In this document: piece after piece, positions 1 through 9,382 of the stretch
How positions within the stretch are numbered: the stretch's first letter is position 1
Layout: each line of letters begins with the position of its first letter
Assembly (NCBI GenBank): GCA_034414775.1
Contig: DAOULX010000024.1
Coordinates: 24,559 to 88,558, forward strand
Direction: 5' to 3'
DNA from: Dehalococcoidales bacterium
GTDB taxonomy: Bacteria; Chloroflexota; Dehalococcoidia; Dehalococcoidales; RBG-16-60-22
Length of the DNA: 64,000 bases
Program-made: the position numbers and the translations under genes
The notes under the pieces: generated by a model
The model's input: only the letters and a program-made list of their open reading frames with translations
Told to the model about the DNA's origin: nothing
The model's database searches: none

Positions 1-2
1 CA

Positions 3-182
3 GGCGCGGTGGTCACGGCCCTGGCTGCAAAAGGTATCAAATCATCCGTCGTCGGCGAGCTGACCGAGCCGGAAAAGGGCATGGTCCTGGTGGAAAAGGA
101 CGGCGAGAAAAAGCTTGAGCACCCTGTCGTCGATCCGTTCTGGAGGGCTTTTTATGATGCCCTCGGGAAGTACCGTTCCTAG
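3..182 (+). CDS. C-terminal end of a gene entering the window; probably AIR synthase-related (HypE/PurM-like) family
   Basis: Open frame ending ...GELTEPEKGMVLVEKDGEKKLEHPVVDPFWRAFYDALGKYRS* (TAG 180-182); the HPxxDPFW tail resembles AIR-synthase-family proteins; partial. Confidence 0.5.
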   Translation, partial: GAVVTALAAKGIKSSVVGELTEPEKGMVLVEKDGEKKLEHPVVDPFWRAFYDALGKYRS

Positions 183-309
183 TCTCGGTCGTTTTCGAAA
201 CGATGAGATATAAGTCCTTTCAGACCTGCCTTGGGGATGATATATTTTTCAATAGTGATGTGCTATGATGCAACGTGTTGAGGTTGCGTCCTGAAACAAG
301 GAGGCCAAT

Positions 310-1497
310 ATGAGGCAGGTATATCTGGACAACGCCGCCAGCACGCCCCTCCTTCCCGAGGTGCGTGAAGCTATGATGCCTTTCCTGGGAGAGGTCTTCG
401 GGAACCCGTCCTCGCTGCACGATTGGGGAGATGGAGCGAGGGAGGCCGTCGAGACCGCCCGGGAACAGGTGGCCGGTCTCATTGGCGCCAACCCGGAAGA
501 GATAATTTTCACAAGCTGTGGCACGGAAAGCAACAACTTCGCCGTCAAGGGGCTGGCGCTGGCCCAGCAGGCCAAGGGCAAGCATGTCATTGTCTCCGCT
601 ATCGAGCACTTCTCTGTCTTGCATTCGGCCAAGACGCTGGAGAAATGGGGCTTCGAGGTTACCGAGGTGCCCGTGAATAAATACGGTCTCGTCAACCCTG
701 AAAAAGTGCGCCAGGCCATCCGTAAGGATACGGTTTTGGTCTCTATAATGCATGCCAACGGTGAGATCGGCACCCTCGAGCCGATCAAGGAGATCGCCAA
801 GATTGCCCGGGAACACAAAATTAGTTTCCATACCGATGCTGTCGCCACCGCCGGAACGATACCCGTCGATGTCAACGAACTGGGGGTGGACGCTCTGAGC
901 CTGGCCGGCAGTGCTTTTTACGGCCCGAAAGGCAGCGGCGCCCTCTGGCTCCGCAAAGGAGTGAGGATTATGCCTCTTCTCGATGGGGGTGTCCAGGAGG
1001 GTGGCCGGCGGGGCGGCACCGAGAACGTGCCGACCATCGTCGGGCTGGGCAAGGCGGCCGAAATCGCCAAGGCTAAAATGGCCGACCGGGCCGCGCAGCT
1101 TTCACCGTTGCGCGACCGGCTTCTCAAGGAACTGCCGGAAAGGCTGGAACACGTCATCGTCACCGGCCACCCCACTGATCGTTTGCCGGGACACGCCAGC
1201 TTCTGTGTCCGGTTCGTCGAGGGAGAAGGCATGCTGATGCTGCTCAGTAGCAAGGGCATCGCTGTTTCCAGCGGCTCGGCCTGCACGTCTCGGGCGCTCA
1301 AGGCATCACACGTGCTTATCGCCATCGGCCTGTCCCACGAAATCGCCCAGGGCTCGCTGCTCTGCACCCTGGGACTTGATACCACCGACGAAGACATCGA
1401 TTACGTACTGGAGACTTTACCGCCGATTGTGGAACGGCTGCGGCAGATGTCCCCGGTCTATGACAAATTCGTCAAAAGCGGCAAAGGAGGGCAGTAG
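310..1497 (+). CDS. iscS: Cysteine desulfurase (IscS/NifS)
   Basis: [21 protein letters not shown] (PLP Lys), SSGSACTS catalytic Cys; AGGAGG RBS. Confidence 0.97.
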   Translation: MRQVYLDNAASTPLLPEVREAMMPFLGEVFGNPSSLHDWGDGAREAVETAREQVAGLIGANPEEIIFTSCGTESNNFAVKGLALAQQAKGKHVIVSAIEHFSVLHSAKTLEKWGFEVTEVPVNKYGLVNPEKVRQAIRKDTVLVSIMHANGEIGTLEPIKEIAKIAREHKISFHTDAVATAGTIPVDVNELGVDALSLAGSAFYGPKGSGALWLRKGVRIMPLLDGGVQEGGRRGGTENVPTIVGLGKAAEIAKAKMADRAAQLSPLRDRLLKELPERLEHVIVTGHPTDRLPGHASFCVRFVEGEGMLMLLSSKGIAVSSGSACTSRALKASHVLIAIGLSHEIAQGSLLCTLGLDTTDEDIDYVLETLPPIVERLRQMSPVYDKFVKSGKGGQ

Positions 1498-1884
1498 ATG
1501 CCGGTATATAATGAGACAGTAATGGACCACTTCATGAATCCCCGTAATGTGGGTGAGATAGAAAATGCCGACGGTATTGGTGAGGAAGGGAATCCGGTCT
1601 GCGGAGATATGATGACCTTCTACATCAAGGTCAAGGACGATCGCCTCGAAGACGTTAAGTTCAAGACCTTCGGATGCGGAGCGGCCATCGCCGTTTCCAG
1701 CATGGTCAGTGAGATGGCCAAAGGCATGACTCTCGACGAGGCGATGAAGATTACTCCGGAGTCCGTAGCGGACAAACTCGAGGGTCTGCCCAAGAACAAG
1801 TTCCATTGCTCCAACCTGGGGGCTCAGGCCTTGCACAAAGCCATCGAGGCCTACCGGGGCGAACAGAAAAAGGGAGGCAAGTAG
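1498..1884 (+). CDS. iscU: Fe-S cluster scaffold IscU/NifU-N
   Basis: NPVCGD, FGCGAAIA, KFHCSNL: three conserved Cys; directly follows iscS. Confidence 0.96.
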   Translation: MPVYNETVMDHFMNPRNVGEIENADGIGEEGNPVCGDMMTFYIKVKDDRLEDVKFKTFGCGAAIAVSSMVSEMAKGMTLDEAMKITPESVADKLEGLPKNKFHCSNLGAQALHKAIEAYRGEQKKGGK

Positions 1885-1886
1885 TT

Positions 1887-2087
1887 ATGGTGGAAAAGAC
1901 GGATATGACAAAACCACCTCACACCTGTCCGTATTGTGATGCCGAAATAGCTGAGGCAGCATTTCCTTACTGCGATGCCTGCGGCTTTAGGACCGTTCCC
2001 TGTCCCGGCTGCGGGCTGCCCGTAGCAGCCACGCGGGAAGACTGCCCGCACTGCGGGTGTACCCTGGAGGCAAAGGAAACCAAGTAA
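1887..2087 (+). CDS. Small double zinc-ribbon protein (66 aa)
   Basis: Four CxxC pairs (CPYC, CDAC, CPGC, CPHC); ATG 2 nt after the iscU stop; stop overlaps the next ATG. Confidence 0.8.
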   Translation: MVEKTDMTKPPHTCPYCDAEIAEAAFPYCDACGFRTVPCPGCGLPVAATREDCPHCGCTLEAKETK

Positions 2088-2575
2088 TGGCAGAACCGGA
2101 AAAGGAGAAGATGACGATAGTCGTCTTCAGTGGCGAGCTGGACAAGGCGTTGGCGGCCTTCATCATCGCCACTACCGGCGCCAGTATGGGCATGGATGTC
2201 ACCATGTTCTTTACCTTCTGGGGTCTGAACATCATCAAGAGCGGTAAGGGTGGTGTGAGGGGGAAGGGATTCAAGCAGAAAATGTTCAGCCTGCTGAACA
2301 AGGGCGGCACCAGGGGGCTAAAGCTTTCCAAGTTCCACATGTTCGGACTGGGCACGTGGATGATGAAGCTGGTCATGAAGGAAAGCAAGTACCCATCTAT
2401 TGAGGAATTCATCACCATCGCTAAAGATATGGGAGTTAAGATGATACCCTGCTCCACGACCTGCGGGATGTTCGGCCTGACGGAAAGCTCATTCCAGGAT
2501 GGCGTGGAAAGTATCGCCGGCGCGGCCTATTTTCTGGGCGAAGCCCGCCAGTCGAAGGTAACCCTGTTCATCTAA
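2087..2575 (+). CDS. DsrE/DsrF/DrsH-like (DsrE2-type) sulfur carrier
   Basis: IVVFSGELDKALAAFIIA, MFFTFWGL, KMIPCSTTCGM. Confidence 0.9.
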   Translation: MAEPEKEKMTIVVFSGELDKALAAFIIATTGASMGMDVTMFFTFWGLNIIKSGKGGVRGKGFKQKMFSLLNKGGTRGLKLSKFHMFGLGTWMMKLVMKESKYPSIEEFITIAKDMGVKMIPCSTTCGMFGLTESSFQDGVESIAGAAYFLGEARQSKVTLFI

Positions 2576-2584
2576 ATCCTTTAG

Positions 2585-2658
2585 GTCATTCTGAGCGTAG
2601 CGAAGAATCTCGGAAGGGTGTGCCCCACCCTGATATCCTTCACTTCGTTCAGGATGAC
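2585..2658. repeat. REP-like palindromic repeat, family A (GTCAT(T/C)CTGAGCG.AGCGAAG.ATCT...AGA.TC.TTC...CAG.ATGAC)
   Basis: Terminal inverted arms; similar copies at 14911, 39218, 46292 and 60377. Confidence 0.85.
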
Positions 2659-2676
2659 AGAAACGAGGGATAAAGA

Positions 2677-2913
2677 ATGATGAAAGCCGATAGAAGCTTG
2701 GACTGTATAGGACTTTACTGCCCGATGCCTATCGTCAAGACGGCGCAGGAGATGAAAGAGCTCAAGAAGGGTGAAGTACTGGAAGTGGTGGCCGATGACA
2801 AGGGCATCAAACAGGACATGCCGGCCTGGGCGCAGACTACCGGAAACGAGTTCTTGGGTGTTGAGGAGGAGGGTGGCGAAATCAAGGTCTATGTTCGGAA
2901 AACACAAGAATGA
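2677..2913 (+). CDS. tusA: Sulfurtransferase TusA/SirA family
   Basis: LDCIGLYCPMP motif, 78 aa. Confidence 0.92.
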   Translation: MMKADRSLDCIGLYCPMPIVKTAQEMKELKKGEVLEVVADDKGIKQDMPAWAQTTGNEFLGVEEEGGEIKVYVRKTQE

Positions 2914-2924
2914 GGGGGGCGACC

Positions 2925-3419
2925 ATGGCTGATCTTAAGGATACCATCGATAAAACCCTCGATGAACATCATGTCATCCGCGACACAGTAGAGCTTAACG
3001 GGGGCCCGGTATCGGATTTCGAAGCACTGTTTGCGCTCCGGCAGGCCTACGCCGGCTGGAGCCAGTGCACGCCGGAGGACCTCGCTGCCAAGCACGAGCA
3101 GCTATTGAAAACCCTGGAACTGGTCGACCGTGGGTTAAAGCAGCACTGGGGCTACGAAGAAAGGGCTATGCAGGATATCCTGGGTGGTCCGCTGATGAAC
3201 GGATTTCTCTACGAGCACCACAATATCGCCAAAAAAATCGAGGATGCCTTGGGACACATCGGAGCGGAGAAACTGGAAGGGCTGGAGCCGGAGGAGCTAC
3301 TCTCGAAGAAAACGGCCATCCAGGATATTGTCAATCACATCATGCAGGCCATCGAAGAGCATTCCACCCACGAGGACATCATATTCAATATGATCAAGAA
3401 GGGCATTAAAACCGATTAG
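2925..3419 (+). CDS. Hemerythrin-like domain protein
   Basis: EHH, QHWGYEE, EHH, EHSTHED His/Glu pattern in a helical protein; start set at ATG 2925. Confidence 0.75.
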   Translation: MADLKDTIDKTLDEHHVIRDTVELNGGPVSDFEALFALRQAYAGWSQCTPEDLAAKHEQLLKTLELVDRGLKQHWGYEERAMQDILGGPLMNGFLYEHHNIAKKIEDALGHIGAEKLEGLEPEELLSKKTAIQDIVNHIMQAIEEHSTHEDIIFNMIKKGIKTD

Positions 3420-3487
3420 TTAATCAAATCCACGGCTTAGCTAATAATCGTGGGCTTGTCGCTTACTGATTACTTGCTACTCGGTAT

Positions 3488-4489
3488 TTACCCGGTGAGC
3501 TCCCAGAAGCTCCGCAGGCTGCTGAAATCCACCATGCCGCTCTCGGCGACGTTTTCTACCTGGATTCCCGCCTCGACGGCGGCCGCCACGGGATTCAATC
3601 CCCCTAGCTGAATGAGCCCGACACGGTTCAGGGCTACCGGTACCTGGCAGAGTGGCTCGCTGGTCTGGCCGATGGCATAAAGACCCTTGATACCCGCCTC
3701 CCTCATCATGGCCGCCTTTTTCTCGACGACCTCACGGGCGGGGGCCGGGATGGTGCGGAAGGCGCCGAGGATTTTCCCGGTGCCGGTTCGCGCCGCCTGC
3801 CCGACGCTGGTCATCTTGGCCTGGATGAACTGCTCCGATGGGTCCGTAGAAGTACCGGCATACTCGGTGATAGCCACAAAGCGCTTTGGGATTGAGTCCT
3901 TAATTTCCAGCACACCGCCGAAACGGAACTCCGTGGGCACCCCGGCCTTGAGCAGGACCCCGTTGATGGTAGCGCCGCAGACCGTGGCGAATCCGACCTT
4001 GCCAGCGGGGACGACGACCGCGCCGAGTTTCTCTCCTTCGGCCGCCGTCGCCACTAGATCGCTGACACAGATGCCCGCTTTAAAGACTTCACCCATGGCG
4101 GTAATAGCCTTCTTAAAATCACCCAGGTCGAAGAGCGAGGTGTTGATGGCAAGCTGGCCGGTACGTCTCTCGGGTTTGAAGGTGGTCAGATAGGCCAGTA
4201 GCTCAAGCTTGTCCCGGACGAAGCCCAGCTGCTGCGGGGCCAGAGCTTCCTTGACCTCCTGCCTTCCTTTGGGGGTAATCATACGGCCGTCGCGGCCGCC
4301 CGGCTGGGTGAAGCCGCGCTCGTCGGCGATTTTAAGGTGGTACCTGACCGCCCGCTGCCCGAGGAACACGCCATCCTCTTCGAGCTTGCGGGCGATGGTG
4401 ATGGAGCCCAGCGGCTCGGAGGACTCACTCAACACTTTGAGAATGGCGATCAGCTTGTTTTCGGCGTCGGTGCCGACGGGTTGGTCCAT
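3488..4489 (-). CDS. nrpR: NrpR-family nitrogen repressor (winged HTH plus NrpR regulatory domain)
   Basis: N-terminal AILKVL..EPLGS..IARKL..RAVRYHLK..DERGFT wHTH; TVCGATINGVLL and GGLNPVAA in the regulatory domain; last gene of the nitrogen cluster. Confidence 0.88.
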   Translation of the reverse strand: MDQPVGTDAENKLIAILKVLSESSEPLGSITIARKLEEDGVFLGQRAVRYHLKIADERGFTQPGGRDGRMITPKGRQEVKEALAPQQLGFVRDKLELLAYLTTFKPERRTGQLAINTSLFDLGDFKKAITAMGEVFKAGICVSDLVATAAEGEKLGAVVVPAGKVGFATVCGATINGVLLKAGVPTEFRFGGVLEIKDSIPKRFVAITEYAGTSTDPSEQFIQAKMTSVGQAARTGTGKILGAFRTIPAPAREVVEKKAAMMREAGIKGLYAIGQTSEPLCQVPVALNRVGLIQLGGLNPVAAAVEAGIQVENVAESGMVDFSSLRSFWELTG

Positions 4490-4494
4490 CTTTT

Positions 4495-6252
4495 TCAGTC
4501 CCGGTTAAAACGGTTGGTGATCGGCAGCCGCCTATCCCGCCCGAAGGCCCGGGGGGTAATCTTGATACCGGGGGGCGCCTGACGCCGCTTATATTCACTG
4601 GTATCCACCAGCCTAGCCGCCCGGTGGGCCGCTTTTTCATCCATTCCCAGGGCTATAATCTGGGCGATGCTTTTGTCTTCTTCAACGTAGGCGGTAAGAA
4701 TGGGATCAAGGACTTCGTAGGGTGGCAGGGTATCGCTGTCCTTTTGGTCCGGCCTGAGCTCAGCCGAAGGCGGCTTGGCCATAACCGAAGCCGGGATAAC
4801 ATCTTTGCCGGTCCGGTCATTGCAGCAGGCCGCCAGCTTATAGGCCATTGTCTTGGGGACATCCTTAATCACGGCGAAGCCCCCCGCCATATCCCCGTAG
4901 AGAGTGGTATAGCCGGTGGCGTACTCGCTCTTGTTGCCGGTGGTGAGCACCAGCCAGCCGAACTTGTTGGAAAGGGCCATCAGGAGGTTCCCCCGGATGC
5001 GGGCCTGGAGGTTCTCTTCGGCTACACCGGTCTCCGTTCCCTTGAACGGCTCCTCAAGTGTGTCCAGGTAGGCCTGGAAGACCTTTTCGATGGGAACAGT
5101 GAGAAACTCGATGCCCAGATTTTTGGCGACGAGCCCGGCATCTGAGAGACTGCCTTTTGAAGAGTAGCGGGACGGCATGGCCACACCGATAACGTTCGAT
5201 TTGCCCAGGGCGTCGACGGCAATGGCCGCTACCAGGCTGGAGTCCAGCCCGCCGGAAAGCCCGATGAGTACTTTTTTAAAGCCGTTCTTCCGGACGTAGT
5301 CCCGTGTACCCAGCACCAGGGCTTCGTATATCTCGGTGATGAGATCGCAGGTATCCAGGTTGCAGGCGGAGAGGGGAGGTTTGTCCGTGCTGAAAGGAGT
5401 TTCCGACACGATAATGCTGTCCGGCAGGCGCCATCCCTGCTCCTGCCGCTGCGCCAGCCCCTGCCGGAACCTGGGATCGTGCAGTCTGGTCCGGAAGACG
5501 TTTTCGACATCCAGGTCGGCCAGTATCAGGTCTTCCTCGAACCGCTTGCCCCGGGTAATCAGTTGTCCCTTCTCGTTGATGATAAGTCCGTTGCCGTCGA
5601 AGACCAGCTCGTCCTGCCCGCCGATCAGGTTATTGAAGGCGAAGATGGCCACGTTGTCCGCGGCGCGGGTGGCGATCATCCTTTCCCGGAAGCCCGTTTT
5701 GCCAAAGTTGTACGGCGAGGAGCTGATGTTGACGATGACCTCCGCCCCGGAATACGCCTGGTCGGTGGCCGGCCCGGACTCGTACCATATGTCCTCGCAG
5801 ATGTTGACGCCGACCTTGATACCGGCGATTACGTAAACAGGGCATTGGCCGCCCGCCCGGAAATAGCGGTTCTCGTCGAAGACGCCATAGTTGGGGAGGA
5901 ACACCTTGTGGTAGGTGCCGACGTGTTTCCCATCGTGGATAATGGCGGCAGCATTGTAGATGTCTTCGTTCGCGTCCACGAAGCCCACCACCAGGGTAAT
6001 ACCCTTCGAGGCCTGGACTATTTTGTCTAACGACCTCAGGTTCTCGGCGATGAACTGTGGCTTGAAAAGGAGGTCTTCGGGCGGGTAGCCGCAGACGGCT
6101 AGCTCCGGGAATGTCAGAAGGTCCACACCCGAAGACCTGGCTTCCTCGATTGATTTGATTATCCGGCGCTGGTTACCGGCAAAGTCACCCACCGTGGCAT
6201 TGATCTGCGCCATGCCGATGCGCAGCCGGCGGGTGTCCAGCCATTTTACCAT
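4495..6252 (-). CDS. nadE: Glutamine-dependent NAD+ synthetase
   Basis: Nitrilase domain (FPEL, YHK, ICED) plus synthetase domain (GLSGGLDS, ENLQARIRG, TGNKSE, PPSAEL). Confidence 0.97.
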   Translation of the reverse strand: MVKWLDTRRLRIGMAQINATVGDFAGNQRRIIKSIEEARSSGVDLLTFPELAVCGYPPEDLLFKPQFIAENLRSLDKIVQASKGITLVVGFVDANEDIYNAAAIIHDGKHVGTYHKVFLPNYGVFDENRYFRAGGQCPVYVIAGIKVGVNICEDIWYESGPATDQAYSGAEVIVNISSSPYNFGKTGFRERMIATRAADNVAIFAFNNLIGGQDELVFDGNGLIINEKGQLITRGKRFEEDLILADLDVENVFRTRLHDPRFRQGLAQRQEQGWRLPDSIIVSETPFSTDKPPLSACNLDTCDLITEIYEALVLGTRDYVRKNGFKKVLIGLSGGLDSSLVAAIAVDALGKSNVIGVAMPSRYSSKGSLSDAGLVAKNLGIEFLTVPIEKVFQAYLDTLEEPFKGTETGVAEENLQARIRGNLLMALSNKFGWLVLTTGNKSEYATGYTTLYGDMAGGFAVIKDVPKTMAYKLAACCNDRTGKDVIPASVMAKPPSAELRPDQKDSDTLPPYEVLDPILTAYVEEDKSIAQIIALGMDEKAAHRAARLVDTSEYKRRQAPPGIKITPRAFGRDRRLPITNRFNRD

Positions 6253-6270
6253 CGCGTTCCCGACCTCCAG

Positions 6271-7632
6271 TTAGAGTATCGGCAAATATCTCGAAAGTTC
6301 GTATTCGGTTACCTGCGTTCTGTAGTTGTCCCACTCGATCTTTTTATTTTGAATGAAGGCTTCGAAGACGTGGTCACCGAGTGCGTTACGCACAAGTTCG
6401 CTTTTCTCGGTGAGCTGGATGGCTTCGAGCAGGCTGGCGGGTAGCATGTCGATGCCCCGCTCCTTCCGCTCTTCGGCGGTCATCTCGTAGATGTTCTCCT
6501 CGATGGGATCCGGGACCTGGTAGCCTTTTTCGATTCCTTCCAGACCAGCGGCCAGCATGACGCTGAAGGCCAGGTACGGGTTACAGGCCGGATCCGGCGA
6601 GCGGAACTCGATGCGGGTGGCCTTTTCCCGGCCGGGCCGGTACTCGGGAACACGTACGAGGTCGGACCGGTTGCGCCTGGCCCAGGAAAGGTAGACCGGG
6701 GCCTCATAACCGGGTACCAGCCGTTTGTAGGAGTTGACCCACTGGTTGCAGACGCCGGTAATCTCCTGGGCGTGCTTGAGCAGACCGGCGATATAGCCCT
6801 TGGCCTCTTTGGAAAGGTTATAAGAATCGCTGGCGTCAAAGAAGGCGTTGTGTTCCCCTTTGAAGAGGGACTGGTGCACGTGCATCCCGCTGCCGTTGAT
6901 ACCGAAGACCGGTTTGGGCATGAAGGTGGCATAAACACCGTTTTTAAGCGCGACTTCTTTGACGACGAGGCGGTAGGTCATGACGCTATCGGCCATGGTC
7001 AGGGCGTCCGTATACCGCATGTCAATCTCGTGCTGGCTTTCGGCGACCTCGTGGTGGGCGTATTCAACGCCGATGCCCATCTTCTCCAGATGGATGACGG
7101 TATCACGCCGTAGCTCGATGGCAGCGTCCCGGGTCGTCAGATCGAAATAGCCGCCCCGGTCCAGTATCTCGGTGGTGTAGTTATTCGGGTGCTCCGGGTC
7201 AGACTTGAAATAGAAGTATTCCAGCTCCGGTCCGACGTAAAAGGTATAGCCCATATCGGCGGCCCTTTTCAGGTTGTTCTTGAGGACGTATCTCGGGTCA
7301 CCCTCGAAAGGCTGGCCGCCCGGTCTCAGGACATCGCAGAACATGCGGGCCGTGGCGCGGTGTTCCGGCGGGGTCCATGGCAGCAGACACCATGTGTCCG
7401 GGTCCGGCATGGCCACCATATCGCTCTCGTCGATGCGGGCGAACCCCTGGATGGAAGAGCCGTCAAATCCCATCCCTTCTTCCATGGCGCCTTCAAGCTC
7501 CTCCACGGTAATCGCAAAGCTCTTGAGGATACCGAGGATGTCCGTAAACCACAGCCAGATGAATTTAACATCATGCTCTTTAGCCATCTTGAGGACATAC
7601 TCTTTGCCTTCTTCTCTGCTCATCGTTGACAT
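6271..7632 (-). CDS. glnA: Glutamine synthetase type I
   Basis: FDGSSIQG, GPELEYF, HHEVA, PKP..GINGSGMHVH, RIEFRSPDPACNPY. Confidence 0.98.
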   Translation of the reverse strand: MSTMSREEGKEYVLKMAKEHDVKFIWLWFTDILGILKSFAITVEELEGAMEEGMGFDGSSIQGFARIDESDMVAMPDPDTWCLLPWTPPEHRATARMFCDVLRPGGQPFEGDPRYVLKNNLKRAADMGYTFYVGPELEYFYFKSDPEHPNNYTTEILDRGGYFDLTTRDAAIELRRDTVIHLEKMGIGVEYAHHEVAESQHEIDMRYTDALTMADSVMTYRLVVKEVALKNGVYATFMPKPVFGINGSGMHVHQSLFKGEHNAFFDASDSYNLSKEAKGYIAGLLKHAQEITGVCNQWVNSYKRLVPGYEAPVYLSWARRNRSDLVRVPEYRPGREKATRIEFRSPDPACNPYLAFSVMLAAGLEGIEKGYQVPDPIEENIYEMTAEERKERGIDMLPASLLEAIQLTEKSELVRNALGDHVFEAFIQNKKIEWDNYRTQVTEYELSRYLPIL

Positions 7633-7652
7633 TCAATTACCTCCTGTGCTTT

Positions 7653-7681
7653 ATTTTAACCTTTCTGCGGTCGTTTGTCAT
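7653..7681 (-). promoter_or_regulatory. Candidate sigma70 promoter for glnA-nadE-nrpR
   Basis: Minus strand ATGACA-17 nt-TAAAAT, followed by AGGAGG RBS. Confidence 0.55.
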
Positions 7682-7713
7682 CACTGTTTTACATCAAATC
7701 TCCCCTTACTGCT

Positions 7714-8052
7714 TTATATTGCGCTTTCATTTCGGTCACCGGTACGGACGCGCACCACACCTTCGACGGGGAGGATAAATATCTTGCCATCGCCCGCTTC
7801 GCCGGTGCGGGCGGTCCTGACGATGGCATCCACGGCCCCGGCCACGTCCTCATCGAGCAGGACCAGCTCTACCTTTATCTTGGGGAGCAGGTCAACCCGG
7901 TATTCACCTACCCGCCACTGGAGGAGTATGCCCTTCTGTTTCCCCCGGCCGCTCACTTCGCTGACGGTCATCCCGTAGTAGCTGTGCTCCTCCAGAGCCT
8001 TTTTAACAGCATCCAGTCTCTCTTCCCTTATAATCGCTTCTATCTTTTTCAT
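7714..8052 (-). CDS. glnK: P-II nitrogen regulatory protein (GlnK-type by linkage to amt)
   Basis: MKKIEAIIR, VSGRGKQKG, T-loop GEY (Tyr51), GDGKIF, VRVRTG. Confidence 0.95.
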   Translation of the reverse strand: MKKIEAIIREERLDAVKKALEEHSYYGMTVSEVSGRGKQKGILLQWRVGEYRVDLLPKIKVELVLLDEDVAGAVDAIVRTARTGEAGDGKIFILPVEGVVRVRTGDRNESAI

Positions 8053-9278
8053 CGTAACAGGCCTCCGTAAGCCCTTTCTCCATGCTGTGAGAGATCAAGT
8101 CCGACCGATTCTTCGGACGGAGTGACCCGCAGTCCAATAGTAATGTCAATTAGTTTGCCGAGCACCCAGGTAACGCCGAAGGCAAAGGCGGCCACGGTAA
8201 CGATGCCGATGAGCTGTGTCAGCACCTGGTTGAAGTTGCCCTCGAACAAACCCGCCGTTCCGCCGACGGCCGAGCTGGCGAAAATACCCGTGGCTAGGGC
8301 CCCCCAGATGCCTCCCATGCCGTGAACAGCGAACACGTCCAGGGAATCATCGAAGTGCAGCTTGTTTTTCATCAGGATGATACTATAGTAGCAGACCACG
8401 GCGACGATAATTCCGATGGGGATCGCGGCGATGGGGTGAACAAAACCGGCCGCCGGGGTAATGGCTACCAGGCCGGCGACCGCCCCGGTCACCGTCCCCA
8501 ACAGGCTGGGGCGGCGGGTTATCCAGCCGAGCATCATCCAGGTGAAGCCGGCGGAGGCGGCGGAAAGATTGGTGGCGACGAAAGCGTTGGCTGCCAGCCC
8601 GTCGGAGGTCAGGGCGCTGCCGGCATTAAAGCCGAACCATCCGAACCAGAGCAGACCGGCCCCCAGGGCCACCAGGGGGATATTGTTGGGCTCCATGATG
8701 TCCCCATCGAAACCGCGGCGCCTGCCCAGCACCAGGACGAGCGCCAGTGCCGAAACTCCGGCGTTAATATGGACAACGGCGCCGCCGGCGAAATCAAGGG
8801 CGCCAAGCCCGCCGAGCCAGCCGCCGCTTCCCCACACCCAGTGGCATATCGGGGAGTAAACAACGGTCATCCAGAGTGTGGAGAAAATCATCAGGGCGCT
8901 GAATTTGATGCGTTCCACCACAGCGCCGGTAATCAGGGCGACGGTAATAATAGCGAACATACCCTGGAAAGTCATGAAGGCCAGGTGAGGCACGGTGGAG
9001 GCGTAAGTATCCGAGGGCGCCATGCCGACACTGGCCAGGCCGATGAAATTGAGTCCGCCGATAAATCCGCCCTTGTCCGTACCGAAAGCCAGGCTGTAGC
9101 CCCAGAGCGCCCAGAGAGCGCCAATAAAGCCCATAACCGCGAAGCTCATCATCAGAGTGGATAGCAGGTTTTTACGCCGTACCATGCCACCGTAGAAAAG
9201 GGCTAGGCCGGGTGTCATCAGCAGCACCAGTGCCGAAGACATCAACAGCCAGGCAGTATCACCTGAATTTACGGGCAT
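8049..9278 (-). CDS. amtB: Ammonium transporter (copy 1)
   Basis: MTPGLALFYGG, FQGMFA, DFAGG..VHINAG, WFGWFGFNAGS, VFAVHG, GLDLSQHGE. Confidence 0.97.
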   Translation of the reverse strand: MPVNSGDTAWLLMSSALVLLMTPGLALFYGGMVRRKNLLSTLMMSFAVMGFIGALWALWGYSLAFGTDKGGFIGGLNFIGLASVGMAPSDTYASTVPHLAFMTFQGMFAIITVALITGAVVERIKFSALMIFSTLWMTVVYSPICHWVWGSGGWLGGLGALDFAGGAVVHINAGVSALALVLVLGRRRGFDGDIMEPNNIPLVALGAGLLWFGWFGFNAGSALTSDGLAANAFVATNLSAASAGFTWMMLGWITRRPSLLGTVTGAVAGLVAITPAAGFVHPIAAIPIGIIVAVVCYYSIILMKNKLHFDDSLDVFAVHGMGGIWGALATGIFASSAVGGTAGLFEGNFNQVLTQLIGIVTVAAFAFGVTWVLGKLIDITIGLRVTPSEESVGLDLSQHGERAYGGLLR

Positions 9279-9326
9279 TTCTCTTTCCTCCCGACTATTA
9301 CTTCATTGATATAATAGCCGGTTATT

Positions 9327-9364
9327 GTTTCCGGTAGATTACAGATGTGTTACAAACGTGTTAC
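9327..9364 (-). promoter_or_regulatory. Four-part direct-repeat operator (GlnR-box-like) upstream of amt copy 1
   Basis: Minus strand GTAAC-N6-GTAAC-N6-GTAAT-N6-GAAAC with exact 11-bp period, just upstream of a TATTAT -10 (9316-9311). Confidence 0.75.
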
Positions 9365-9382
9365 GTACGGGTGGAATCTTTG

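Noticed and set aside
9318-9334. NrpR operator upstream of amt1 (ccggttattgtttccgg)
   Set aside because: Only one GGAA half-site with wrong spacing; the same bases are better explained as the fourth GlnR-type site
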